Shown here: positions 1 to 12,540 of the stretch, in pieces
Numbering within the stretch: the stretch's first letter is position 1
Layout of the letters: every line of letters starts with the position of its first letter
NCBI RefSeq assembly: GCF_044704955.1
Contig: NC_091979.1
Location: 162,502,001 to 162,566,000 of the forward strand
Length of the DNA stretch: 64,000 nt
Origin: Pristiophorus japonicus
Lineage: Eukaryota
Reading direction: 5' to 3'
Notes under the pieces: model-generated
Database searches by the model: none
What the model was told of the DNA's origin: nothing
What the model saw: the letters and a program-made list of their open reading frames with translations, nothing else
Position numbers and translations under genes: made by a program

Positions 1-1650
1 AAAGTATAAAGGTCCAATTGATCCAGTCTCTCCTCATTTGTCAGTCCAGCCATCCCCCGAATCAGTCTGGTGAACCTTCGCTGCACTCCCTCAATAGCAA
101 GAACGTCCTTCCTCAGATTAGGAGACCAAAACTGAACACAATATTCCAGGTGAGGCCTCACCAAGGCCTTGTAAAACTGCAGTAAGACCTCCCTGCTCCT
201 ATATTCAAATCCCCTAGCTATGAAGGCCAACACACCATTTGCCTTCTTTACCACCTGCTGTACCTGTATGCCAACTTTCAATGACTGATGAATCATGACA
301 CCCAGGTCTCATTGCACCTCCCCTTTTCCTAATTTGCCACCATTCAGATAATATTCTGTCTTCGCGTTTTTGCCCCCAAAGTGGATAACTTCACATTTAT
401 CCACATTATACTACATCTGCCATGCATTTGCCCACTCACCTAATCTGTCGAAGTCACCCTGCAGCCTCTTAGCGTCTCGCTCACAGTTCACACCGCCACC
501 CAGTTTAGTGTCATCTGCAAACTTGGAGATATTACACTCAATTCCTTCATCCAAATCATTGATGTATATTGTAAAGAGCTGGGGTCCCAGCACTGAGCCC
601 TGCGGCACTCCACTAGTCACTGCCTGCCATTCTGAAAAGGACCCATTTATCCCGACTCTCTGCTTCCTGTCTGCCAACCAGTTCTCTATCCACATCAGTA
701 TATTACCCCCAATACCATGTGCTTTGATTTTGCACAATAATATCTTGTGTGGGACCTTGTCAAAAGCCTTTTGAAAGTCAAAATACGCCACATCCACTGG
801 TTCTCCCTTGTCCACTCTACTGGTTACATCCTCAAAAAATTCTAGAAGATTTGTCAAGCATGATTTCCCTTTCATAAATCCTGTCACTGCTTTCCAAATG
901 CGCTGCTATTTCATCCTTAATAATTGATTCCAACATTTTCCCCGCTACTGATGTCAGACTAACCAGTTTATAATTACCCACTTTCTCTCTCCCTCCCTTT
1001 TTAAAATGTAGTGTTACCTTAGCTACCCTCCAGTCCATAGGAACTGATCCAGAGTTGATAGACTGTTGGAAAATGATCACCAATGCATCCACTATTTCTA
1101 GGGCACTTCCTTAAGTTCTCTGGGATGCAGACTATTTGGCCCTGGGATTTATCGGCCTTCAATCCCATCAATTTCCGTAACACAATGTCCCGACTAATAT
1201 GGATATCCTTCTGTTCCTCCTTCTCACAAGACCCTCGGTCTCCTAGTACTTCCGGAAGGTTATTTGTGTCTTCCTTCGTGAAGACAGAACCAAAGTATTT
1301 GTTCAATTGGTCTGCCATTTCTTTGTTCCCCATTAGAAATTCACCTGAATCCGACTGCAAGGGACCTACGTTTGTCTTCACTAATCTTTTTCTCTTCACC
1401 TATATATAGAAGCTTTTGCTGTCAGTTTTTATGTTCCCGGCAAGCTTCTTCTCGTATTCTATTTTCCCCCTCTTAATTAAACCCTTTGTCCTCTTCTGCT
1501 GAATTCTACATTTTTCCCAGTCCTCAGGTTTGCTGCTTTTTCTGGCCAATTTATATGCCTCTTCCTTGGATTTAACACTATCCTTAATTTTTCTTGTTAG
1601 CCACGGTTGAGCCACCTTCCCCGTTTTATTTTTACTCCAGACAGGGATGG
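1..1650 (-). mobile_element. CR1 LINE ORF2 fragment, 5'-truncated, frameshifted, runs off the window edge
   Basis: Minus ORFs 1400-1678, 1019-1399, 832-1092 and 411-887 encode consecutive CR1 ORF2 parts (GF.KGKSCLTNLLEFFE, DFQKAFDKVPH, GVPQGSVLGP, KFADDTK); homologous to the CR1 at 36-40.5 kb. Confidence 0.95.
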
Positions 1651-2161
1651 AAGCTTTTTCTGTTCCTGTACATCTCATAATCCTTCAAAGGTGCTCGCAA
1701 GGTAATGTGGGTACAATCAATGCAGCCCTGTACCTTTGAGAAGCCAGCAATCCTGGAGAAGCCCACAGCCGTGTCATGGATTGCTTGGGCGGTAATGGGG
1801 AACTTTATGAAGTCATCCTACCCGCGTACAGTGCAGCCATGACCTGACAAATGGAGACATGTGTTGCATGCTGAGAGATGGCACACACATCCCCAGTTGC
1901 AGCTTGAAATGATCCGGAGGCATAGAATGAAAGTGTATCTGTAACCTTCACTTCCACTGACAAAGCAATCCTCCTGATGCTTCTAGGTTGCAGGTCTGCT
2001 TTGACCAACTCACAGATCTCACTTGCAACTTCTCTGCAGAAACACAGCCTTCTGACATAGTCTGCATCACTCAGGTGGAGGTACGAAAGCCTGTCTTGGT
2101 AAGGCTTCCTGCCCAGCAACCTGCGGGCTTTGAGGTTCCTGATGCGATGAAGTCGAATCAA
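1651..2161 (-). pseudogene. PIF/Harbinger transposase (HARBI1-like) N-terminal remnant, interrupted by the CR1 at ~1650
   Basis: LSVEVKVT..LSFYASGSFQ...GDVCAISQ, then in a shifted frame IAGFSKVQGCIDCTHI.LRAP...YRNRK (DDE_Tnp_4 IDCTH motif). Confidence 0.9.
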
Positions 2162-2898
2162 TTATCTCCTACATAGTACCATGATGCAGAAGGCTTGCAC
2201 AAGGTATGGCATGGTCAGTGTTATGCTCATAATAAACTAGTGCAACTGAGTACTGTAGACAATGCGTAAGTGCGACCTTAGCTCCTTTATTCAGACTCCA
2301 AAGTGCTGGTACAGCATGGGAGGCCTGCTTATATACAGTACTCCCAAGGGATGCTGGGATCCCTTGGGACACCAAAAGGTAAGCCCTCTGATGGCAGTGC
2401 CTGCGGTTGCATACATTACAGTCAGTATTGCCCCCATACTTAAAGGTAACCTTTGAAAGAAGCTCAAAACAGCAGGAAAGCAGGCAGCACAGGTTCGCAG
2501 TTGTATCTCTCCAGGTCTGTATAGATGGACCACACCCAAAGGTCTTGTGACATCTCCTCTCTCCTTCCCCCTCCCCGGGCTCCAAGCCTTCCGATCAACA
2601 CCTCACTCTCTCTCTCTCTCTCTTTCCTCTTCTCTACTGCCCCCACCCCACCGCCAGCTTGTTTTGTATCTGAACCCCGAGCTGCTGTGTCCGGGCGCGA
2701 GGCCGTTTCTGCCAGCCAAACCTACGACCCTCCAGCCCTGCTTCAAGATGTTCGGTGGTGACGTGTGAGTAACTAAAAAATCTCCCTCCAAAATCTTTGA
2801 TTTAAAAATAATGGCATCTTTCAGCGCAGATTTGTGAATGTGCGCTAATTTTCTAAACTCACCAAAACGATTTTTGGGAGTGGCCAAATAAGCCAACC

Positions 2899-4057
2899 TG
2901 TAAGGTTCGAAAATCCACGGCCGCATTGGAAACACCATAAGGACAAAAAAACTAACATGGGATCGTTCCATACACTAAATGAACATTTTTGGTCAAGTAA
3001 AAGCAGGCTGGGAAAACGTGTGGGCGGATACAGACATTGTGGAGTCTGGCTCACAAGCGAGATCGAGGCACTGGCCAATGGGAGAAAAGTGCATTCTGGC
3101 AGGCCAATCAGGGGTCGAGTCGGGCCTGAAGTGGGGAAATCTTCAACCAATAAGGACTCCCCGGCCCAGTTTGAAAATGACATCCCCCCCGTCAAATCAA
3201 ACTACGAATGTGGGCCATTATCTACCTAATTAATATGGACAATAGCTCTGAATCAAAACCATGAATCACTGCAGGAATGGCCCACTGACTCCCAGAACTA
3301 TAACAAAGGACCCACAGATGTTCAGGCACCTATGTGCACTGAAACAATACCCTGCTCCTCACACCTGCGTGTACTTGTGACATCTTCTGATTAAATATTC
3401 AAAGCTATCTCTCCGCCCAAACTTACCAACCTCCTGGTTGGTAAGTGGCAGCAGGTGCTGCTGTTAGCCTGAACACACTGGACAGGGTGAGAATAGCCGA
3501 AGCATCAGGCTGGGGCACGCAGAGCTGTGCAGACCTGGACACCTGGTTCAATAACCTGGATTCACAGCTGTAGTCTGACGATAACCGAGAGGCAGATAGA
3601 AGAAACCGATGCAACTTTCGAAGAAGAAAACCGAACAATAACATAAAACCCACCCCAGAGGGACCCTGAGCTGAAATAAGTGCTACAGAACCCGGGAGTT
3701 GATAGGATTGTGAGTAGAGCCCAAACCCCCTCACAGACTCAATTTAGGATCGGAATTGGTAGGACGGATGGGAGTGGGAGGTGTGGTTGTGTGTGAGTGG
3801 GATGTTTTAACCTCTTGTTTTCCCCTTCCCTGTTGCGAGATTTTTCGGGTTGTTGAATGAGATTTTGCCATTACTGCCATTTTATGACCTCTTCCTATGC
3901 CCTCTATCTTTGTGTTTGCTATTCTAAATAAACATTAGCCATTTTGTACTCTTACCCACTGTGTCTGTTGCCTCATTACTCACCCACCCTCATAAATCGC
4001 ACGTACAGAACCCAAGGGGAGTGTGGATTCGAACCTACACCCCAAGCTCCCCTTACA
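2899..4057 (+). mobile_element. Solo LTR (1159 bp) of an ERV or LTR retrotransposon
   Basis: Termini TGTAAGG...CCTTACA form a perfect 7-bp inverted repeat; AACC target duplication at 2895-2898 and 4058-4061; CCAAT boxes at ~3074, 3103, 3147; AATAAA at 3927-3932. Confidence 0.85.
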
Positions 4058-4449
4058 AACCTAAAAGAAAAAAATGTTGGCCAAACTGCGAACATGTAGG
4101 AACAGACACGAGGTCAAAAAAAAACTGGCCTAGAAAAATTGTAACTAAGTCAGTTATGCAGGCGCAGATTGCAGGGAGAATCTTTGAAAAAAATAAATAC
4201 GGCAAAAAAAATGCCGCGTGCCAAAAATACGGCGCAAATGATCGGGGAAAATTGAGTCCAATGTTTTGGAAGAAGAATCCCTGCTTTATTGTATTTATTG
4301 ATGTTCTTGGGCTGCATATCAATTATGGCTCGGAAGGTGAATAGTGGATGACTATCTCCGGGTCTACCAGAGATCCCAAATATCGCTGTAATTTCCCAAA
4401 CATCACACTACCTTCCCAAAGATCACTGTATTTTCGCACAGAACACCAG

Positions 4450-6762
4450 GGGTCAGATTTTACACTTTTTGCATACTGCCCAAAAATGGGTGTTATTTCC
4501 AGCGTGGGCGGTAAAAATGCGTTTTCAGATCGCCGCCTTCTCACCTATTCTCAAAGCACCTAGTCTCCATTTTTAAAATTGGGCGTTACCGCGAGAGATA
4601 TGAAATGGGCGGTAGAGTTAAATCTCTCTGACCTTCTGCCGTAAAGTGTTGCCGTCCTTAGCAATGGCATGGCAACGCTCAATTCCCACGATTCAGGAGG
4701 TCAAGGGTCATCATGACATGCGCAGAAGAGGAGACAGAGAGAGAGAGAGCTGAGAGGGACTGAAAACGTGTGTGGCTGTGGTGTGTGCTTGATTAGCTGT
4801 TCTGGGAAGCACGAGGGAGATTCATCAGCAGCAAATAGCCTACTAAGCACCAAGAACATAGTTGGCACTGAGTTGTTGTCCAATAAATAAGATATAACAT
4901 GGAAGGGATGGAGGAGACCCTAGAGCTCGTAGTCAGGAACACTGGTGGCCATTGTTACTGGAGCAAAACACTGCACCCCAAGGTGCCGCACCCCTATTGC
5001 CAACCACATATGAGAACCAGGAGCAACATCCTGCTTTTGGCTCAGAGCACGTTTCCACCTCGTGACCATCCTCTCCGTATCCGCCATCATCCCTCACCCC
5101 TCCTCCCCGCAGTGAAGCATCGCCTGAGGAGCTCCTCGGCCAGGCGGCTTGGAGTAAGGAGGGGAAGGGGTAGAGGTGGGGAGAAGAAGCCGGTATGGGG
5201 CGGGTGGAGGGGGGAGGGTAGGTTTTTACAGAGATCCTGATGATTTCAGACAAATGTTCGATTTAAATGTTTTATATTTAACAAAACCTTGTTGTGTACT
5301 GGCTCAGATAGTTGCACCATTACACGCTGGTCATGATTCCTTAACATCAAAGGTTATAATTACACTTAACTTCAATCACCTTAAACTTTAACTGCCACCA
5401 AGATGATGCCCACCATTGATGTATGACCTGCACACCCAGCAGTATGTCAGCTTTGTAAATACCTAGTAAATGCCAACAACGTACTTTCAGGCAAAGCGTG
5501 GTTCCTGAAAACCTCTACGTCTTGTAAAGGTGCCCGCATTGTGATGTGCATACAGTCTATTGCTCCCTGCACTTTGGGGAAATTTGCAATTCTGGAGGAA
5601 CCTAGGGCCCTCTCAATCTGTGCCTCCCTGGTCATAGGGAAGCTGATCAAGTCCCTCCTGCATGCGTACAGGGCTTCAGTGATGTGTCTAATGCAGCAAT
5701 ATATGGCATACTGAGACAGACCGCAAATGTCGCCAGCTGAGGCCTGAAAAGAACCTGATGTGTAGAACGACAGTGCCGCGGTGACTTTGACCTCGACTGA
5801 CAGTGCAGTACTGATGGCGCTGGCAGGTTGCAGATCTCCCCTTATCAGCTGACATACCTCAGTGATAACCTCTTTGTGGAAGCGCAGTCTCTGAAGGCAG
5901 ATGGTATCAGGCAAGTCGAGGTAAGACTGCTTCTCCCTGTACTTGCGGGGGGTGTAATGTCAGTTCCTCCTCATCAGTCTGGCACGTTTTACATTGGGCA
6001 CATAATGCTGTGGAGCATACCTTCGGTGATCTCAAGTCTGCAGCATGTAATTGATCATTAAGAGACGGTGAGGAAGGACAGGCCCATTCCAATAGCTCTC
6101 TGTTTTCCAGCAATTGGTCACAAATAATGAATGTCCCAACAAAGACACCTATTAAATTCCAATCGGTCACAGTATGATCAAGATGTTTGTACAGATGTTC
6201 GCGTCAACTCCAACGACCTCCAGAGTACATCCGAACTCCCCCAATGTTGAAGCAGAGCAGCCTTTTAAAGGATACGACATGTGATGTAGACCATGGCGTC
6301 CATACCGCTGTGACTAGTTTCCTTTAGTTCCACTTTTTCCGGGTGGTTTTTTGGGCGAGCGATATTGTGGGCCATATGTGTGCGAGGTGGTGAAAGTGAC
6401 GGTGGGTGATCCCATGGCCATTAGTTTCGGCAAATGTGCTCTTTACGACAAATAAAAATGGGCGGGCAGTATTATTCAATCTCAGCGTTAATTCCACGTG
6501 GAAATTAACGCTGGGCAATATTATGGCGTGTTGGTTTTGCCCATTCTGATGATTCCGCCCAAAAAAAGTGGGTGGGCGGTATTATTTTTTCCCAGCATTA
6601 CACATATGGGGAAAGTAACGTTCGCCGATATGTTTCCGAAAAATGCTCCTCGGTTTCCATTTTGTGGCTAAATGGGCGATATATGGGCGTTATACGTCAT
6701 TTCAGGGTAAAATGGAAGTTAAGTGGGCGTTAAGCATGCAAAGAAAGTGGAAAATCTAGCCC
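4450..6762 (-). mobile_element. Internally deleted Harbinger DNA transposon
   Basis: TIRs GGGTCAGATTTTACACTTTTTGCAT and ATGCAAAGAAAGTGGAAAATCTAGCCC; contains a transposase remnant; flanking minisatellite-type sequence continues on both sides. Confidence 0.85.
5447..6090 (-). pseudogene. Harbinger transposase (HARBI1-like) 5' half
   Basis: ORF 5447-5914: RLRFHKEVITEVCQLI...LSVEVKVTAALSFYTSGSFQ...FPKVQGAIDCMHI.MRAP; C-terminal catalytic half missing. Confidence 0.9.
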
Positions 6763-7349
6763 TATATGTTTCCAGAGAAGACTGTACATTCTCAGAGACC
6801 ACCGTAATTTCCCAGAGAATACCGATCATCCTCATGGATTCTTCTCTTTCCATGTTTTTCATGCTCTCTATGGCCCCAAATTTCCCCAGCCGCTCAGAGC
6901 AGCGTAGTTCGATGTGATGTGCCAACTTCATGGGGGAAGAAACATGTCAAAAACTTACCGGGATAATTTGGCTGTTCCTGGATCCCTGTGGGCCCGTGGC
7001 GTGGCGCTGAGAATCCTGCGGGGGGCGGATCTTGGGCCGTGCTTGTTCAGCACAGCTGCAGGGGGGCGGGACTAATGCCCGTCGTGTCCTCGAGTGCCAG
7101 CAGGGGGATGCATGCCCGTGTATGCGTGTGCGCAATACGCGTTAAAGCGTGCGCACATGCACAATGGGGCAGGAACCTTGGCAATCGGCCATTTAAAGGG
7201 AGAGCATCCTCAGTGCCTCAGCAGCATTGGCAGTAGGCCATATTAGAAGGTAAGGTGTGAATTGTGATTTTGGATGGCTGAGGGAGTGGAATGGAGTGTT
7301 GCATAGGTGGAAGAAAGGTGAGAACTGTGTGTTTTCAAGATCAACTGAG

Positions 7350-9630
7350 TGTCAATCCAATGCACCAATAACGCAAGAGCATGCAACAAGGATGAAGATC
7401 TTGTTGCATGAGGAGCTGGAGAAACTAATCGCTGTCATTGAGGATAGATGGCAGGAGCTGGATATCAGTAAGAGTGGTCCCACAAAAGTTCCACCCAAAT
7501 AAATGGGGAGACGCTGGAACTTAGTTGCAGAAGAATTCTCCGCAAGAGTGAAGACCGCAAGAACTGGAAGCCAGAGTAAAAAGAAATGGCAGGACATTGG
7601 TCAAGTAGTGCGTTTAAATATTATCTTGAGTTTTAAATGGAATTGCAATTGTTACTGTGATCACCTGTATGTGTCCCAACCATCAGAAACTCACCATGTG
7701 GCAAAAATTAAATTTTTATCTTTGCAGAAGAAATTGGCTCACAACAAAAGAGAGAGAACTAGAACAGGAGGAGTGCCACCAAATCTGCACCAACTATCAT
7801 CTCTGAAACAGAGGGTCTCTGCCTTGCTGAGTCGCGCCTGCAGAAAAAGAATCAGCTCTGCACAAGCTGGGCCCACACGCGAGGGTGAGGGTCAATCATA
7901 AAAATGCATCGTCGCCCTTCAAATCAACCTGCTGACTGGCCTGCTACGTGTGAGACTACTCATTGCACCCATCCTGCCCCCTCCTTTCCTGCTAACCATT
8001 TGACTGATCAGTTGTATTTTGCAGAGCGAGAAGATAATCCTGAAGATCAACAAGAAGATCCAGATGCGTCCGCTCCAGACCAATGCAGGTGGGGGGTGGG
8101 AGGAGGGGTCCATGGAGCTGTGTTCACGGAGGAATGCTGATCGTGATATGGATCAGTCCATGGTACAGGGTATCACTTTGCCAGACACCTCTATGAGCCC
8201 TGAAACATAGAAACATAGAAAATAGGTGCAGGAGTAGGCCCTTCGGCCCTTCGAGCCTGCACCACCATTCAATGAGTTCATGGCCGATCATTCACCTCAG
8301 TACCCTTTTCCTCCTTTCGCTCCATACTCCTTGATCCCTTTAGCCGTAAGGGCCACATCTTATTCCCTTTTGAATATATCTAACGAACTGGCCTCAACAA
8401 CTTTCTGTGATAGAGAATTCCACAGGTTCACAATTCTCTGAGTGAAGAAGTTTCTCCTCATCTCGGTCCTAAATGGCTTACCCCTTATCCTTAGACTGTA
8501 ACCCCTGGTTCTGGACTTCCCCAACATCGGGAACATTCTTCCTGCATCTCACCTGTCCAGTCCCATCAGAATTTTATATGTTTCTATGAGATCCCCTCTC
8601 ATTCTTCTAAATTCCAGTGAATATAAGCCTAGTTGATCCATTCTTTCTTCATATGTCAGTCCTGCCATCCTGGGAATTAGTCTGGTGAACCTTCGCTGCA
8701 CTCCCTCAATAGCAAGAATTTCCTTCCTCAGATTAGGAGACCAAAACAGTATATAATATTCAAGGTGTGGCCTCACCAAGGCCCTGTACAACTGCAGTAA
8801 GACCTCCCTGCTCCACTACTCTATTCCCCTAGCTATGAAGGCCAACATGTACCTGCATGCCAACTTTCAATGACTGATGTACCATGACACCCAGGTCATG
8901 TTGCACCTCCCCTTTTCCTCACCTGTCACCATTCAGATAATATTCTGCCTTCCTGTTTTTGCCACCAAAGTGGATTACCTTATATTTATCCACATTATAC
9001 TGCATCTACCATGCATTTGCCCACTCAACTAACCTGTTCAATTCACCCTGCAGCCTCTTAGCATACAGCTCACATTGCCACCCAGCTTAGTGTCATCTGC
9101 AATCTTGGAGATATTACATTCAATTCCTCTGCCACGACATTCCATGGTTTCACACCTTCTGAGGTTGCGGGTCCCAGTGGCGGTGGTGGAATTCAGGTTG
9201 GAACACCCAGTGCCCCACCGTCCCAGCCTGCCCCTCGCACTGGAGGGGTGCCACTCGGCAGACCCACGGCGAGGGGAAGGAGAAGCCGACCAGTCTCTCC
9301 TGAGTTGCAGCCTTCATCAGATCTACATCAGCTTATGTCATTGGATGAAGAGACCAATGCCCTTACCGATCACTCATGGCCGCCGTCAGTGGGGTGCGTG
9401 ATGAGGTTGCGACACTGTCGGGAGAAATATCAACACTGAGACGGGAAGTGAGGGCAGGCATGTCAGAGGGAGTGAAAATGATGGCAGAGGCCATGAGGGA
9501 GCTAGCTGCTGTAATAAGGGCACACAGGCCTGACAATCAAATGCCAATCCCACTGCAATCCCCACACCAGCCTCTGTCGAGCCAGGCCCGGCCCCCCGCC
9601 CTCTCCCTACCACCATCACCACCCCTATGA
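7350..9630 (+). pseudogene. Harbinger Myb/SANT-like DNA-binding protein (NAIF1-like), intron-containing, disrupted
   Basis: EELEKLI....EDRWQEL ... RRWNLVAEEFSA....RTGSQSKKKWQDI, short intron, KKLAHNKRERTRTGG; in-frame stop at 7500-7502; coiled-coil tail at 9376-9630. Confidence 0.8.
8202..9128 (-). mobile_element. CR1 LINE 3' fragment
   Basis: (GAAACATA)n is the reverse complement of the CR1 (TTTCTATG)n tail; ORF 8549-8791 YRALVRPHLEY...RRMRGDLIETYKI. Confidence 0.95.
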
Positions 9631-10484
9631 TGCACATTCCCCGATATGTGGGTGAGAGATGGGTGCAGCCTTTCTTTGTTATTGTTGTTGTTGTTGAAGT
9701 GCATTGTAAACTTACCAATAAAAGATTTTTTGCATTAAAACTGAATCATGTTCCATTATCACTACACTACATTTAGCACAAACTGTAAAAAAAAAACATC
9801 CCTCACCCCAACTGCCACCCCGAAGAGCTAGCTGGTGCGTTTTGCAGTCAGCAAGGCAGGACTGCTCTATTTTCAGTAGCTTATTTATTTTTCATTTATT
9901 TTTGATGATGTTGTGAGGATGTTGTGCTGAAGTTGTTTTGATTTTGTGCTGATGCTGTGAAGGTGTTTAGTGCTTTAGAATCCTCTAACTCACCTCGCCC
10001 CACCCCGCCTATCTAAGGCTACCTATGCTGATTGCTTAAATGTAGGTAAAGTTTTCCTGTGCCTACAAAAGTGGCCACATACACTGGCCTAAGTTAGTTT
10101 GGAGTAACTTTTAGCTGGCCAAATTTGCTTCCATGGCCAAAACAGTCATAAATGTCAGATCACGCCACCTTTTGGAGAAAAAAAACTAAACTAAAAAAAA
10201 CCTAACTAACTGACTTACACTGGAGCAAGTTAAATGGGGAAATGTGCGATTTTTAAGTTACTCCAAAAAAAGCTACTTGCTGCAAAAAAAGCGGGGCAAC
10301 TCCTGCAGAAATTTGATCCCAATGTTTGGTAAGAAGAGTCCTTACTTTATTATTGTATTTACTGAGGTTCTTGGGCTGCATATCAATTATGGCTCGAAAG
10401 GTGAATCGTGGATCAAATTCTTCAGGTCCACCAGAGAACCCAAATATCGCTGTAATTTCCCAAACATCACTCGACCTTCCCAAA

Positions 10485-10752
10485 GATCACTGTACTTTCC
10501 AAAAGAACATTACATGTTCACAGAAAACACTGTATATTCCCAGAGGCCATTGTATTTTCCCAGAGAACAATATATATTTCCCAGAGATCACTGTTTTTTC
10601 CCAGACAATGCTGTACGTTCCCAGAAAATAATGTGCACTCCAAGAAAACACTGTACATTGCCAGAAAACACGTTATATTCCCAAAGATCACTGTATATTC
10701 CCCACAGGTCACTGTATTTATCCACAGTTCACTGTATTTTCCCAGAGAATAC
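10485..10752. repeat. Degenerate ~20-21 bp minisatellite (CACTGTATWTTCCCAGAGAA), repeated in every unit
   Basis: Visible periodic CACTGTA/TTCCCAGA motif; also at ~16110-16418, 21783-22093, 27448-27757, 33130-33437, 43235-43543, 48838-49147, 54530-54777. Confidence 0.85.
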
Positions 10753-11301
10753 TAGAATGACCTGTTAATTGAGGAACAGCCCAGTTTTGTTTTGTGCTCC
10801 CTTACAGCAGCACAACTTGGATTGGGAACAAGGCTGAGGATTGTAGCTGTGATAATTTTATACCAAACCTCTGCTGAATTAAGGCATAAATCGTGAAGGT
10901 TATATAGAATTGGAAAAAGTAGAAAAATGTTTAAAAATAGATAAGACTCATTTATTATTGGTCCTTGACATGTTACTGACCTTAGGAAGGACACATCAAC
11001 ACAGATTATGTGACATTTATTAAAAATATGACTGAAATATCCAGTTGCAGTGTCGAGATTGATTTGGTGAATGATGTAAATGTGCACGTTACCCAACTGA
11101 GCACAATAACAGAACCTCCTGTGCTTCATAGATTAGGGGTGAAAACTCAACATGAGACTCGAACTTAGAGATTTTCATGAGATTTCTATTGATTGCCACA
11201 CAAAACAAAAATAAGTGAATAAAGGTGTCTGTCAAGTCGAGGAGATATTATTATTTTCAAGAATATTCCAGTAAGAAAATAACATGTATTTCAAGAACAA
11301 T

Positions 11302-12480
11302 CTAGAAGTCGCTCATGCGCCTGAAAGATCCGATAGTTGAGCTGTTGCCGCCCCAGTCACTGAATCTCCTGTATTCACCGGGTCTCATGAAGTACTGGCG
11401 GCCTCTGTAGTTGGGTTGTTCATAGAAGTTCCAGTAACCATCCATCACATGGCAGAGTGAATGTCACGGTAATGGAAACGATCGTAGACAGATGGACAGT
11501 CATCCATGAATTCCATCATCTGTCCTCCAAAGTCAGGCCTCTCGTAAATCCTCATTCTGTATTTTCCACCTCGGTACTGGAATAGAAATACAATCATTCC
11601 TGAGATGAACCGAGAAATCTTGAGTATTTCGAAAAACAGCCACCTGCTGAGAAGGAAGCAGATGATGTTTATGAACAGCAATAGACAGTTCAGTAACATG
11701 TAATGGACGAGCTGATCATCTGCGAACTACCATCACTATGTGGTTCTCGTGTAAATAGTTACAGAAAACCAGAGAAATGTACAAGCAAATTCAGGACTGA
11801 TTCTTGTAACAAAGAGCTCTCTGGTTGGGAACGATTTTACAAAAGACTCCATATGATGATGTTATTAACGAGGGACATTTCGAAACATCTATTGGTCCGG
11901 TTGACAATATTCGTGGCTTATTACTAGAGTGCTGCTCCTTTGTAATTTGACAGTGACATTTTATAACAGCAAATTGGGACTGATTCTACTTGACCCATAG
12001 AGAGAGGAGATTGCTTCATGTCAGTAAAATTGTGATTGAAGTGTTGTTTGAACTGAGGTTTCAGTAAGAGTGATGCTTGAGGCAGGTTTTTCTTTGTTTA
12101 ATTTGTTAAACATCAAATGATAACTTACGTGTGGGTAGGTACGACATGACCTGATGTTGTCATTGAATCCCATCCAGCGTTGGTAGTCAGGATATTCTCC
12201 CCTGCTCAGAACATACTGGTATCCCATGTAATTGGGTCTCTCATACAGCACCCACCAGTCACTCTCCACACGGATGGAGTTACAACGGCTGAAGTAAGGG
12301 GACAGGTCAGCACAGTCAGTATTGCACTCGTAGTGCCGACCCTGGAAGTTCCTGTCCTCGTAAAAGATGATCTGTGCAAAGATAGAGGTTTGTAAATTAA
12401 TAAATTATCAAAACTAGGAGATACTAAATGAAGAATTCTAATACAATGTGTAATATCTGAGATGTCCTTGCCTTTCCCAT
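11302..12480 (-). pseudogene. cryg: Gamma-crystallin copy 1, frameshifted; exons 12472-12480, 12129-12371, 11302-11576
   Basis: Exon 3 is 275 nt against 276 in the other copies (GGCAGAGTG vs GGCAGGAGTG at ~11455), giving ...RDIHSAM* at 11445. Confidence 0.85.
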
Positions 12481-12540
12481 TTTGAGCTCACAGTTAGTTT
12501 CGTAACTGACTGAATGTTTCACTGCTTCACACAGCTTGGT

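Larger units (their letters stand above)
1651..4259 (-). mobile_element. Right part of a Harbinger element (transposase remnant, subterminal region, TIR ending GGGAAAATTGAGTCC), containing a solo LTR
   Basis: Terminus resembles the TIR and subterminal region at ~10180-10320; host-type sequence resumes at 4260; the left end is not visible in the window. Confidence 0.65.
6872..10320 (+). mobile_element. Non-autonomous Harbinger element carrying only the Myb/SANT gene, with a nested CR1 fragment
   Basis: TIRs GGCCCCAAATTTC ... GAAATTTGATCCC; flanks CATGCTCTC-TAT and AAT-GTTTGG rejoin to the empty site CATGCTCTCAATGTTTGG seen in each array spacer (e.g. ~15938-15955). Confidence 0.85.

Noticed and set aside
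2169-3734. Short ORFs between the transposase remnant and the LTR interior
   Set aside because: No recognisable domains; they overlap a (CT)n tract, subterminal repeats and LTR sequence
4021-4040. tRNA gene
   Set aside because: Only a T-arm/B-box-like motif; no cloverleaf visible and it lies inside an LTR
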